30,331 bases of DNA from a virus (lineage: Duplodnaviria; Caudoviricetes), in the IMG/VR virus record IMGVR_UViG_3300020045_005188, positions 1-30,331 of that record; one strand, 5' to 3'. Below are positions 14,738 through 24,234 of this stretch, piece by piece (the first letter of the stretch is position 1; every line of letters begins with the position of its first letter). The notes beneath the pieces were generated by a model. It was given only the letters and a program-made list of their open reading frames with translations, ran no database searches and was not told the origin of the DNA. A program made the translations under genes and the position numbers.

Positions 14738-16264
14738 ATGGCAGTAACATATTCAAAAGGTTCATCTGGTGATACCCTTCAATGGAAAGGAAATTTAACC
14801 GTTGATGGTACACAGGTATTCACGGGTGGAACTTCTTATGCGGGAGATGTAACTCTTGGAGATGCATCTAGTGACAATGCAATTCTTAAAGGAAGACTTG
14901 TAACTGGTACAGCCGCGGGTTCCAGTGTAAATATAGATGCAACAACATCTACATATCCAGAAGGAGTTGAACTTAGATACAACATGGCTGATTGGGTAGA
15001 TGTGGCAACATTTACTGAAGCCAATGGTATGTATCTTAGAATGGAAACAAGTGAAGCCAATGCTACCGGAACTCTCCAGGGCGCAACCATATATGGTGTA
15101 GCAAATAACGTGGGTGTTCAAAATCTAAAAGGTTTACTCTCATATGCATACATCAAAGGTGCAACTGCAAAAACTGTAGCAACAGCATATGGTTCACACT
15201 CAGAACTTACTTGGGACGCGGGTGCAGCAGCAACTACAATCACCACAGAAATGTCCCCCCTACTTGCAAAGATCACTGGTGGAGTAGCAAATGATTATAC
15301 CAAGATTCACGGTGTAATTGTTAGAGCTGGTGACATGGATGGGGCAAGCAGAACTTATGGTAACGGTATCCTTATTGAAGATGATTCTTCAATGGCGGGA
15401 GCAATTACATGGACAACTGGAATTAATCTTTCCAATGCATGTACAACCGGTGTTTCATTCGCCGGGGCAATGACCACAGCAATAGATATGAGTGGTGCAA
15501 TTACCACAGGTATTAATGTGGCTGGTTCGGCAATGACCACCGGTGTTTCCATAGGTCTTACCGGAAAAACTTACACAACTGGTGTTGCAGTGGGTGTAAC
15601 TGGTGGAACCCTTACTACTGGTATTTCAATTGCAGGAACTGTTGTAACTGGTATATCCATAACTAGTGCAGTAACGACTGGTATCACAATTGGTGTAACT
15701 GGTACAAGATTATCTCTATCAGCGGCAGCAAATAGACTGTTTGCAGCTTATGCAACAAGTGCATTAACTTCTGGTAATTCTACCACCGTGACAGTAAGTC
15801 AGACAATGACTGGTGCATCTGCAACAAACTCTGCAGAATCTGTAAGAGCAGAATTAGTTTCAGCAGTTGAAACCGGTGTCTATGCAAATGCAATCGTCGG
15901 TCAGTTGAACTATTCAACCGCTGGATTCACACAGGGTCTTGCGGCAGTAATATGCGCAGAACTTGACATGGCATCTACAAATGTCAATGGTGGAAAAGGA
16001 ACTTATGCTACGTATGAAGCAGAATTTAATTTACCAACTGGATTCGTTGCAAATAGTGTACCGATTTCAGTAATGTATGTAAATGTCTGGGGTGCAGAGG
16101 CGGCTCAATTTGATACCACTGGATACTTATTTGACATCAATGGTGTTACGAAAGCATCTGGAAAATTCTTCCAAGATAATGGAGCACTGGCATCTACGCA
16201 AGCCATAAGAGTTAGAATAAATGGTACGCCTTATTATATAATGCTCACCAGTGTTGGAGCTTAA
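14738..16264 (+). CDS. Putative head fibre / beta-helical virion protein
   Basis: About ten TTG(I/V)-type repeats of 10-13 aa; IRVRINGTPYYIML C-terminus. Confidence 0.65.
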   Translation: MAVTYSKGSSGDTLQWKGNLTVDGTQVFTGGTSYAGDVTLGDASSDNAILKGRLVTGTAAGSSVNIDATTSTYPEGVELRYNMADWVDVATFTEANGMYLRMETSEANATGTLQGATIYGVANNVGVQNLKGLLSYAYIKGATAKTVATAYGSHSELTWDAGAAATTITTEMSPLLAKITGGVANDYTKIHGVIVRAGDMDGASRTYGNGILIEDDSSMAGAITWTTGINLSNACTTGVSFAGAMTTAIDMSGAITTGINVAGSAMTTGVSIGLTGKTYTTGVAVGVTGGTLTTGISIAGTVVTGISITSAVTTGITIGVTGTRLSLSAAANRLFAAYATSALTSGNSTTVTVSQTMTGASATNSAESVRAELVSAVETGVYANAIVGQLNYSTAGFTQGLAAVICAELDMASTNVNGGKGTYATYEAEFNLPTGFVANSVPISVMYVNVWGAEAAQFDTTGYLFDINGVTKASGKFFQDNGALASTQAIRVRINGTPYYIMLTSVGA

Positions 16265-16289
16265 GGGATTAATATCCCTTTATTTTTTT
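16263..16289 (+). terminator. Hairpin plus T-tract
   Basis: AAGGGAT-TAAT-ATCCCTT then TATTTTTTT. Confidence 0.65.
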
Positions 16290-16304
16290 CATTAAACATG
16301 AAAG

Positions 16305-16322
16305 AACCAAAAAGCTTATATA
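16305..16322 (+). promoter_or_regulatory. Archaeal promoter copy 4
   Basis: AACCAAAAAGCTTATATA directly after the terminator. Confidence 0.75.
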
Positions 16323-16378
16323 CTATTAATTACATAAGAAAGAATGGGTATATCCCATTAAAATTTTAGGTGAAAAGA

Positions 16379-16699
16379 ATGAGAAATATAAATTTAAAAG
16401 AATGGTCTGTAAAAAATAAAGAAGGTATTGAAGATAAAGAAAGTTTGTTAGTTGTAATAGATGTATTAATAAGGATGAAAAAGCCGGAAGATTTACCAAG
16501 AGGTTTTGAACAATTTACTTTATTTAATAAACTTTCCAGAGCATTCGAAAAAGCCAAAGAAACAAAGGTATTGTCTTTAGAAGAAGCAGAATATAAATTC
16601 TTAAAAGATTCTATAATAAAAGATATACCAATGCACTGGGGTGCAAATAAAGATATTTTTGAAGCAATAAATGCTTTCATGGATGTTAAAGAAGAATAA
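16379..16699 (+). CDS. Hypothetical protein, possibly a fibre chaperone
   Basis: AGGTGA SD before the ATG at 16379; charged, helical. Confidence 0.65.
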   Translation: MRNINLKEWSVKNKEGIEDKESLLVVIDVLIRMKKPEDLPRGFEQFTLFNKLSRAFEKAKETKVLSLEEAEYKFLKDSIIKDIPMHWGANKDIFEAINAFMDVKEE

Positions 16700-16737
16700 T
16701 TTTCTTCTTTTTCATTTAAATAATGAAGAGGAGGAAG

Positions 16738-16911
16738 ATGTTAGAAACAACCGTTGACGAAAAAGTTTCATTAATCGATAAGATTACAGATAATATAATT
16801 GCCATATCAATGACTGTGGGAGTTCTTTATATGGCAATTGCGGGAATTGAAGTTCCTAATTGGCTTGCAGCAATTTATGGTGCAATAATTACATTCTATT
16901 TTAAAAAATGA
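16738..16911 (+). CDS. Small two-TM membrane protein, holin-like
   Basis: Two hydrophobic helices and an FYFKK end; GAGGAGG SD before the ATG at 16738. Confidence 0.55.
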   Translation: MLETTVDEKVSLIDKITDNIIAISMTVGVLYMAIAGIEVPNWLAAIYGAIITFYFKK

Positions 16912-16918
16912 GGTTTAT

Positions 16919-17473
16919 ATGACACAACTATTAACAAATATTAAAACCCAATACAATTTACTAAAACATAAGGTATTAAGGGCAACACATATATTGACTT
17001 CTCCACCGAGACAATATGTTAAAGTACAACACATTCGCGATGGAAAAGTAATTTATGAAAATGCAGCCGCACTTATAGACCAGGGCGAAGAATCTATTCT
17101 CAAAAGTTATTTTCAAGCATCAGATATTCTTTATACTCCCAGTGGTTTTAAAGTAAATCTCGTCACAGATGCATCTATATTGGAAACTGCAACAACATAT
17201 ACAGTTGTTACTGGAACAGGATATGCAGAAGTTTCGGTTGCTAGAGATGCAGTTGATTGGTCGGCGGCATTTTCTGGTGGGGATTGGAGAGTAACATCAA
17301 AGATTTGTACATTTGTGGCAAGTGCTTCAAACTGGACAACTGCACAAAAGGTAGTTCTTTCAGCAACACTTAATGCAGTTGATAAACTTATAGCCTATGC
17401 AGATCTTTCTACACCAAGAACATTAGTTAATGGTGACACACTAGTGGTAACAATAATTCTTTCATTAGCATAA
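16919..17473 (+). CDS. Virion structural protein (fibre-associated)
   Basis: GTGYAEV...F.A...NW...LIAYADLSTPRTLVNGDTL pattern common in tailed-virus structural proteins. Confidence 0.6.
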   Translation: MTQLLTNIKTQYNLLKHKVLRATHILTSPPRQYVKVQHIRDGKVIYENAAALIDQGEESILKSYFQASDILYTPSGFKVNLVTDASILETATTYTVVTGTGYAEVSVARDAVDWSAAFSGGDWRVTSKICTFVASASNWTTAQKVVLSATLNAVDKLIAYADLSTPRTLVNGDTLVVTIILSLA

Positions 17474-17491
17474 TTTATTTTTGAGGTACAA

Positions 17492-18586
17492 ATGACATTA
17501 GACCAGGTAATTAATTTTGGAAAAGCAACTGTTAGTATAGGATATGATGCATCTGCTACCTCTATTGTTCTTACCACAGGTCATGGAGCAAAACTTCCAG
17601 ATCCCTCAACCGGAAATTTTAATGTAGTTTGGTATAATTCAACAGATTATCCAGATCCGGCAGATGATCCCTCGGTGGAAATAGTTAGAGTAACTGCTAA
17701 ATCTGTGGATACCCTAACAGTAACAAGAGCTCAAGAAGGAACAAGTGCCAATACAAAAAATACAGTGGGTAAAACTTATAAAATGATATTAAGTTTTACT
17801 AAAAAAACTTATGATGATCTTACCACAGAGTTTGTAAATGTATCTGGGGATACAATGAATGGAACTCTTGCAATGGGTTCCAATCAAATCAGTGGAAGTA
17901 ACGTTTCTTTTACTGGTGGATCAATAACAGGTATAACAGACTTAGCAATAGCAGATGGGGGGACTGGAAAATCCACAGCATCGGATGCTATTAATGCATT
18001 ACTTCCAGATCAAACTGGAAATATCGGAAAATTTCTTACAACAAATGCAACTGTTGCGAGTTGGGCAACAGTTTCTGCGGGTTCATCTACAGTAAATATT
18101 TGGCTTTCTGCAGAATCTTCTTATTTACCAGCTACAAACCCAGCAACACTAGTTGAAGTATTGGGATCAACTACATATACCGGATGGTCTTATCTTTCTT
18201 TTGATGATACAACCGCACAAACTGCAGTATGGAGAGTTCCCCTGCCGGGATATAATGGTGGAAATATAATTGTAACATCATTTGCTAAACCGGAATCAAC
18301 TCCTGCGGGGGATGTTACTTTACAATTTGATATATATACGATTGGTTTATCAACTAATGAAACTTTTAATACAGCATTGTTAACAGACACGGGAATTAAT
18401 ATATCTCATTCATTGAATGTTGGTACTTTATCAACCGAACTTTCTATAACAACTGCAACAATTGATCCACCAAATGTTTCCGCAGATGAATTATTGTTGA
18501 TCGGAATGATTAGGGATGTTGCAACAGATAATTTATCTGGGAATGGGCACTTACTGGGAATATTATTAACTTATACAAGGGTATAA
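17492..18586 (+). CDS. Fibre protein (attachment domain, shaft, beta-sandwich tip)
   Basis: EIVRVTAKSVDTLTVTRAQEGT, GDTMNG and DLAIADGGTG fibre motifs. Confidence 0.7.
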   Translation: MTLDQVINFGKATVSIGYDASATSIVLTTGHGAKLPDPSTGNFNVVWYNSTDYPDPADDPSVEIVRVTAKSVDTLTVTRAQEGTSANTKNTVGKTYKMILSFTKKTYDDLTTEFVNVSGDTMNGTLAMGSNQISGSNVSFTGGSITGITDLAIADGGTGKSTASDAINALLPDQTGNIGKFLTTNATVASWATVSAGSSTVNIWLSAESSYLPATNPATLVEVLGSTTYTGWSYLSFDDTTAQTAVWRVPLPGYNGGNIIVTSFAKPESTPAGDVTLQFDIYTIGLSTNETFNTALLTDTGINISHSLNVGTLSTELSITTATIDPPNVSADELLLIGMIRDVATDNLSGNGHLLGILLTYTRV

Positions 18587-18590
18587 AAAT

Positions 18591-19508
18591 ATGGTTTATT
18601 TTTTAAATACCGAACAATTTACTCGCAGAAAGAAAATTACTATAAATAATAATAGTGGAGGCGCACTTTCTGCTTTTCAAGTATCTATTACAGTTCCATA
18701 TAATGTTAATATGCAAGCAGATTTTGACGATTTAAGATTTGCTTATCCCGATGGAACAAATATTCCTTATTGGTTAGAATCAAAAGTAGATAGTACAAGT
18801 GCAGTAATATGGATTCTCGTTGATTTACCATTGTTTGGAGTATCTCCAACAGGTAATAATATAATTTATATGTATTATGGGAATTCTTCTTTATCTTCTG
18901 CAAGTAATGGATATAATACATTTATTAGATTTAATGATGGTACAAGTTTAATTGGATTTAATTCGGTTGGAGTATCTAATTCTGGTGGATCAACTATCAT
19001 AGCTGCAAACGCCGGTGGTAAAAATTATTTAACTTCAACAACAACTATAGCAAGACCGGTAATTGCACAATATGATATAACAGTTCCCGGATTTTATCAT
19101 GTATCCGGATTTTTTAGTAGTTCGGGGTTACAAGATTTTTCTGGTGCGAATCAAATATATTGGTATGATGCCGGAGATAATAATAGATACACAGTAATGA
19201 CGGATAATTCAACAAATGCCGCAGGTACTTTTTTTGCGCGTACATCAACAATGCATACATTAAAAATAATGTGGGGTACAACATTAGCAACCACCAAATA
19301 TTTTGTTGATGGTGTTCAAAAAACAACACCGAGTTCGGGATTTACATCCAGTACATCATTATATTTTTCTATATCAGCACATAATTCTTTTAATATACCG
19401 ACGATAACTATAGATAATCTTACAATTCGAAAATATGCTGTAACTGAACCCACATATACAATTGGAAATGAAGAACATAGGGGAAATAATAAAATTATAA
19501 TATATTGA
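18591..19508 (+). CDS. DUF2341-domain adhesin-like protein
   Basis: RKKITI...DFDDLRF...IPYWLE...IWI...IYMYYGN, followed by a lectin-like beta domain. Confidence 0.8.
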   Translation: MVYFLNTEQFTRRKKITINNNSGGALSAFQVSITVPYNVNMQADFDDLRFAYPDGTNIPYWLESKVDSTSAVIWILVDLPLFGVSPTGNNIIYMYYGNSSLSSASNGYNTFIRFNDGTSLIGFNSVGVSNSGGSTIIAANAGGKNYLTSTTTIARPVIAQYDITVPGFYHVSGFFSSSGLQDFSGANQIYWYDAGDNNRYTVMTDNSTNAAGTFFARTSTMHTLKIMWGTTLATTKYFVDGVQKTTPSSGFTSSTSLYFSISAHNSFNIPTITIDNLTIRKYAVTEPTYTIGNEEHRGNNKIIIY

Positions 19509-19515
19509 GGTTAAT

Positions 19516-20067
19516 ATGTCAACAGTAGTAAATAAAAAAACATTTGAAGTAATTCAATTTGCCAATACACCAAATTATATAAATAATGATTGGCTTATTA
19601 ATCCCACTCTTCCAACCTGTGATAAGAAATTTTGGGTATTAGAAAATGATGTTATACGTGAAATGACACAGGATGAAAAGAATATACTTTTTTATCGTAC
19701 AAATTCTACAATATATTTAATAGAAGAAAAACAATTGCTTGAAAATAAAAACGGATATGATTATCAATTAAATAAAAATGCTATAATCAATCCAATAATG
19801 CCAAATTGTGATATAAAATATACAAAAGTAGTGGATGGAAAAATAATTGAAATGTCGGTTGAAGAAAAATTGATAGTAGATCAACCACAAAAGGACAGAC
19901 TTGAATCAAAAGATTATATTAATAATGAATATGAACAAGCACTTGTAGATTTACAAATTATACAAAATCTAACAAATCCCACGAATGCACAAATATTATT
20001 GGCTATTAAAAAAGAAGCATTGATTCTTGAAAAATTAATGAGATTTATTAAATTTAATATGTGGTGA
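19516..20067 (+). CDS. Fibre-assembly-like protein with an internal duplication
   Basis: INPTLPTCDKKF...IREMTQDEK and INPIMPNCDIKY...IIEMSVEEK. Confidence 0.6.
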   Translation: MSTVVNKKTFEVIQFANTPNYINNDWLINPTLPTCDKKFWVLENDVIREMTQDEKNILFYRTNSTIYLIEEKQLLENKNGYDYQLNKNAIINPIMPNCDIKYTKVVDGKIIEMSVEEKLIVDQPQKDRLESKDYINNEYEQALVDLQIIQNLTNPTNAQILLAIKKEALILEKLMRFIKFNMW

Positions 20068-20076
20068 GGATAAATA

Positions 20077-20772
20077 ATGTTTGGATCATCTAGTTTCGGT
20101 TCAATAAGTTATGGTGGGTTAACCTTAACAATTACCGGGGTATATGATGAAACCGGAAAATTAATCAACTTAACCATATCAACTTTTTCTACAGATGATT
20201 TAGCATTTATAGAATCAAGATTGATTAATTTAAATTATACTGTCACACAAACTGAATTAAATACATTAAATGAAAGATCTAAAACATTTAATTTAAATTT
20301 AACCCCGAGTGAAACGGATGTATTTGATCAAATTGAAAGTGGTAAGTTAATAAATATAATATTAAATACAGATAAAACAGATGCCTTTATTGCATATGAA
20401 CAAGATAAATCTATATCTCTTTCAACCACAGTAACTGAAGCAGATTATTATCCCGTTTTAGCCGAAATAGATAAACAAATTAATTTAATCTCATCTTTAT
20501 CAGAAACAGAATCATTAACACTTGGTGAACTTGGAAAATCAATTTTAGAAAATATTACTATATTAGAAACAAATCGTGCAACACGTAGTGAAACAGATAG
20601 ACTGATTCCAATAACTGCCACTTTATCAGGAGTAAGATATAATACTCCCCTTGGACACATAGTATTTGTTGTAAATTCAGAGAAACCAAAGATAAATGCA
20701 GTAAATATAAACAAACCAAAAATTAAAATATCAAACGTTGATAAACCAAAAATGAAAGTAGTGGAGTTATAA
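20077..20772 (+). CDS. Repeat-containing virion protein
   Basis: MFGSSSFG start; ~21-22 aa E.(G/D)K.INL repeats. Confidence 0.6.
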   Translation: MFGSSSFGSISYGGLTLTITGVYDETGKLINLTISTFSTDDLAFIESRLINLNYTVTQTELNTLNERSKTFNLNLTPSETDVFDQIESGKLINIILNTDKTDAFIAYEQDKSISLSTTVTEADYYPVLAEIDKQINLISSLSETESLTLGELGKSILENITILETNRATRSETDRLIPITATLSGVRYNTPLGHIVFVVNSEKPKINAVNINKPKIKISNVDKPKMKVVEL

Positions 20773-20773
20773 A

Positions 20774-21268
20774 ATGAGTATAGAAATAAAATGTAAGCAA
20801 TGTAATAAAATATTCTATACTCGTCCTTCTAGAATAAATAAAAAATTTTTTTGTTGTAAACAATGCTATTCATTATATCAAAAAGAACATCCTAATTTAA
20901 CACAATTTAAAATAGGTCATATTGGATATAAAAATAAACCATGGTTGGGAAAAAAACAACCCAGTGAATCAGTTGATAAACGAAGTGGAATTAATAATAC
21001 TCGATGGAAGGGTGGAAGAAAAATAACACGGGGAAAGTCAAGAATAAAATCTAGATTGAAAAGAAAAGAATTGAGATTTAAATATATTCCTTTAAACGAT
21101 TGTATAGAAGACGGCTGGGAAGGTCATCATATAGATAAAGAATATGTTATTTTCATACCCGGATGGCTACATAAAAGTGTATGGCACAGTGTTACAAAAA
21201 ATATCAATATGGATATCATCAATGATAAAGTTTATGAATGGTTCATAAACGAATATTTAAAGAGGTGA
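20774..21268 (+). CDS. HNH-like protein: CxxC Zn finger plus a compact GHHID domain
   Basis: CKQC...CCKQC, WKGG; C-terminal 60 aa are 48/60 identical to the 11542 ORF. Confidence 0.7.
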   Translation: MSIEIKCKQCNKIFYTRPSRINKKFFCCKQCYSLYQKEHPNLTQFKIGHIGYKNKPWLGKKQPSESVDKRSGINNTRWKGGRKITRGKSRIKSRLKRKELRFKYIPLNDCIEDGWEGHHIDKEYVIFIPGWLHKSVWHSVTKNINMDIINDKVYEWFINEYLKR

Positions 21269-22038
21269 TTATTATTTCAAATAGTTTAACTTGGGAAAAA
21301 CCACTGTCCAATGCACCATGGACAGATGTAAAAATAGAACGCAGTACGAGCCAAAATGGTTCTTATGTTGAAATAGCATCTGTTGCCATTGCAACTTCAA
21401 ATTATTATGATGTAGATGGAACTACTACAGATTGGTATAAAATAAGATTTTATAGTTCTAGTGAATTAGCATACAGTTCATACTCTGATCCTCTTCAGGG
21501 TGTATCAGAAACAGTTTTAACAGGTCAATCCGATAATGATATTCTTAGTAGAACAATTACCGGTGTAACGGTATTGGGAAGTCTTGGAGCTCTTGGTCCC
21601 GATTCATCTGGCAATTATACTTTATTTGGAATGACAATCCATCAAAATGTTGCAGAAAGTTTAGTCAGACAAGTGTATAATTATACTACTGAATTGGTCG
21701 GCGAACCAAAAATGATATCATCTTTAGCAACCGATATAAGACAACTCAATGGATTCATCACCAGTTATAGTGCATTAAGAATATTAGGTGTTCTTTCGGG
21801 TGTAGCAATTACCACACATTTTAACTATTCATCCGGCGGTTTAAATATTCAAAAACCGGTTGTGGGACAAATGAAGGCAATGCTTGATTTATATAGTTGG
21901 GAAACCAGAAGATGGCAGAAATTATTACTTACAAGGTCAGCAGTAAGCACACAGACAGATTTAGATCTGTCAATTATAAATGAAACAGAAGCAGATTCGG
22001 GAATAACATACGTGAGTTATGATTTCCCGAATATTTGA
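21265..22038 (+). CDS. Putative head-tail adaptor with an N-terminal Ig/FN3-like domain (start uncertain: GTG 21265 or ATT 21271/21274)
   Basis: LTW...IERS...Y.D.DG...WYKIRFY FN3-like pattern; helical C-terminus with YSSGGLNI; precedes the head-closure gene. Confidence 0.6.
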   Translation: MIIISNSLTWEKPLSNAPWTDVKIERSTSQNGSYVEIASVAIATSNYYDVDGTTTDWYKIRFYSSSELAYSSYSDPLQGVSETVLTGQSDNDILSRTITGVTVLGSLGALGPDSSGNYTLFGMTIHQNVAESLVRQVYNYTTELVGEPKMISSLATDIRQLNGFITSYSALRILGVLSGVAITTHFNYSSGGLNIQKPVVGQMKAMLDLYSWETRRWQKLLLTRSAVSTQTDLDLSIINETEADSGITYVSYDFPNI

Positions 22039-22044
22039 GGATAT

Positions 22045-22167
22045 ATGTCTGGTTGTAAATATAATATAAGAGATAATTGTTCAAAAGAACATATCTCTTA
22101 TGATATTTGCAATGCATGTATACACAGATTTTTTTTTACAATACTTGAAGAAATGATAAGAAGGTAA
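22045..22167 (+). CDS. 40 aa Cys-rich microprotein (MSGCKYNIRDNCSKEHISYDICNACIH...)
   Basis: Manually translated; GAGG SD; fills the gap between two genes. Confidence 0.55.
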   Translation: MSGCKYNIRDNCSKEHISYDICNACIHRFFFTILEEMIRR

Positions 22168-22170
22168 GAA

Positions 22171-22536
22171 ATGACATTAGTGGCTCCAACAAACGATTTT
22201 TCAAATATACTAAATGAGATTGGTCAGTCAGTTACTGTTAGAACTATTACTAGAACAGTAGATTCGAATGGAAATGTTACTGGAACATCAACAGTAGATG
22301 CTACAGTGGATGCAATTGTTCAAGAAGTGTCGTATAAAGAAAAGATCTTTTTACAAATGGGATTGGTTAGTATAGGAGATATCATGTTCTTCTTTGCACC
22401 AAGTCAATCACTTACAATTTATGATCAAATTATTTGGAATGCAACCACTTATAAAATAAATAAAATTATGTTACCTCCGAGAATAGCGGGAACATTATTA
22501 TTTAAACAAGTGTTGACGATACGAGATTCGGCTTAA
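22171..22536 (+). CDS. Head closure (stopper) protein
   Basis: GQSVTVR...DQIIWNATTYKI, SPP1 gp16-like pattern; position. Confidence 0.7.
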   Translation: MTLVAPTNDFSNILNEIGQSVTVRTITRTVDSNGNVTGTSTVDATVDAIVQEVSYKEKIFLQMGLVSIGDIMFFFAPSQSLTIYDQIIWNATTYKINKIMLPPRIAGTLLFKQVLTIRDSA

Positions 22537-22553
22537 ACCGAAATCTTTATATA
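22535..22553 (+). promoter_or_regulatory. Archaeal promoter copy 5
   Basis: AAACCGAAATCTTTATATA. Confidence 0.8.
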
Positions 22554-22586
22554 CTTTAAATCCCTTTATAAGGTTGAGGAAATAAA

Positions 22587-23393
22587 ATGGAAATCATAGA
22601 AAAGAGAATAACTTTAGAAGACCCATCAGAACCATTAGTCATTGTACCGATTGGAGATGTTCACTATGGAAATGTTAATGTTGATCTGAAAAAGTTTAAA
22701 GAAACTATTGAGTACATAAAAAATAAACCAAATTGTTATACCGTACTTATGGGCGACATGTGTGAAGCAATCATGATGTCGGATAAGAGATTTGACGTTG
22801 AATGTATTGCACCCGAACTTAAATCAAGACTCGGCGATCTCGCTTTTGCTCAATATGAAAATATGCGAGATATGTTAATGCCTATTAAACATAAGATTCT
22901 TCTCTCAATCAGAGGAAATCACGGTGATAATTTAAGAACAAAATTTAACACAGACTTTGATGCTTGGATGGCAAAAGAACTTACTGTTCCTATGGCGGGA
23001 TATTCAGCATTCTTGGTAATTAAATTTGATAGAGAACAGTTTCATACAGAAACTCTAACGTTCTTTGTGCATCATGGAATAATGAGTTCGAGAAAAACTG
23101 GTGCAAAAGTAAATGCAATAGAATCTTTAGCAGAATCATTCGATGCTGATGTTTACCTTAACGGACATTCACACGATTTGTTCGTTACATCAAAAGTAAA
23201 ACTGTCGGTGGCTGGAAATAAAGTCAAAGAATCCAAGAGATACTTTGCACACACTGGCACATTCCTCAAGACGTATGTGCAGGATACTCTCTGTTATGGG
23301 GAGAAGGCTTTATATCCACCACTTAAAACAGGTGTATTGAAATTTAGTATATATCCCAGAGCGGGAAATATAGATATACATGTAAGCGAGTAG
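22587..23393 (+). CDS. Calcineurin-like metallophosphoesterase
   Basis: GDVHYG, MGD, GNH, HHG and GHSH metal-binding motifs. Confidence 0.9.
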   Translation: MEIIEKRITLEDPSEPLVIVPIGDVHYGNVNVDLKKFKETIEYIKNKPNCYTVLMGDMCEAIMMSDKRFDVECIAPELKSRLGDLAFAQYENMRDMLMPIKHKILLSIRGNHGDNLRTKFNTDFDAWMAKELTVPMAGYSAFLVIKFDREQFHTETLTFFVHHGIMSSRKTGAKVNAIESLAESFDADVYLNGHSHDLFVTSKVKLSVAGNKVKESKRYFAHTGTFLKTYVQDTLCYGEKALYPPLKTGVLKFSIYPRAGNIDIHVSE

Positions 23394-23395
23394 GC

Positions 23396-23692
23396 ATGAA
23401 ACCCCAATTAAAAGAAACGGACGTTAAGCGTCCGAATCTTTTTAACAATAAACCAATTATAAAAAGACCACAGTTTGATATGTCAACCAATACAAACAAG
23501 AAAAGACAATCAGTAATCAGAGGAGCTGGAAGTAGCAGGTGCTTCTTTTGTGGGAGTTTAGTCAGTTCCAAGGATGAAATGTGTACCGCTTGTGGTTCAA
23601 CAATCATTAGTCCGGATGCAATAATGGACCGAAATGATGTTAAAAAAAGAATGAAATATTTAAATATTAAGCGGGGATATGAGGGGAATTAA
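23396..23692 (+). CDS. Zn-ribbon protein
   Basis: CFFCG...CTACG. Confidence 0.65.
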   Translation: MKPQLKETDVKRPNLFNNKPIIKRPQFDMSTNTNKKRQSVIRGAGSSRCFFCGSLVSSKDEMCTACGSTIISPDAIMDRNDVKKRMKYLNIKRGYEGN

Positions 23693-23695
23693 ATT

Positions 23696-24232
23696 ATGGG
23701 TGAGGTAAGAATTGAGTTAAGTGGTTCTATAGTTCCTATCAAAGGAAAAGGTTCAAGACAACTTAATAGACTATTAAACGATGAAGTTCTACCAATTGTT
23801 ATGGAACAGGTTACTGTCGACATATCAGAAAAAGCACGGGAATATGCCAAGGGAGTGGATATTCCTTCTCAATCAATTTCACCAATTCAAGCTAAACATA
23901 AAATTGGCAATAGTGATTCAGGATATGAATCAACTGGTGAATTGGAAAAATCAATTAAAGTTTCTTACTCTTCTAAAATAAAATCTTTCATAGACGCAAT
24001 GGCAGAATATTCCTCTTGGGTTGAATTTGGTACCGGCATCTTTGGAAAATCTGGGGGGCCAATAGTTCCCAAAACAGGAAAGGTAATGATATTTCCTTTT
24101 CGGGGAAAAACAATTGCCGCGAGTATGATATTAGGTCAACCGCCAAATCCATTCATGAGAGGAGCTATTTGGTACGTCAGTGATAATATAAAAGAAACAA
24201 TTTCTAAAATACAATCAAAATTTAAAAGGTAA
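23696..24232 (+). CDS. HK97 gp10-like neck/tail-completion protein
   Basis: TGELEKSI, YSSWVEFGTG, GQPPNPFM. Confidence 0.85.
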   Translation: MGEVRIELSGSIVPIKGKGSRQLNRLLNDEVLPIVMEQVTVDISEKAREYAKGVDIPSQSISPIQAKHKIGNSDSGYESTGELEKSIKVSYSSKIKSFIDAMAEYSSWVEFGTGIFGKSGGPIVPKTGKVMIFPFRGKTIAASMILGQPPNPFMRGAIWYVSDNIKETISKIQSKFKR

Positions 24233-24234
24233 AT

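Noticed and set aside
17492-19508. Diversity-generating retroelement target in the adhesin genes
   Set aside because: No reverse transcriptase and no template/variable repeat pair seen in this window; one could exist outside it
3116-22553. Repeated 19-mer as a CRISPR repeat or att site
   Set aside because: Copies are kilobases apart at gene boundaries and match the BRE-TATA layout; no spacers and no integrase seen
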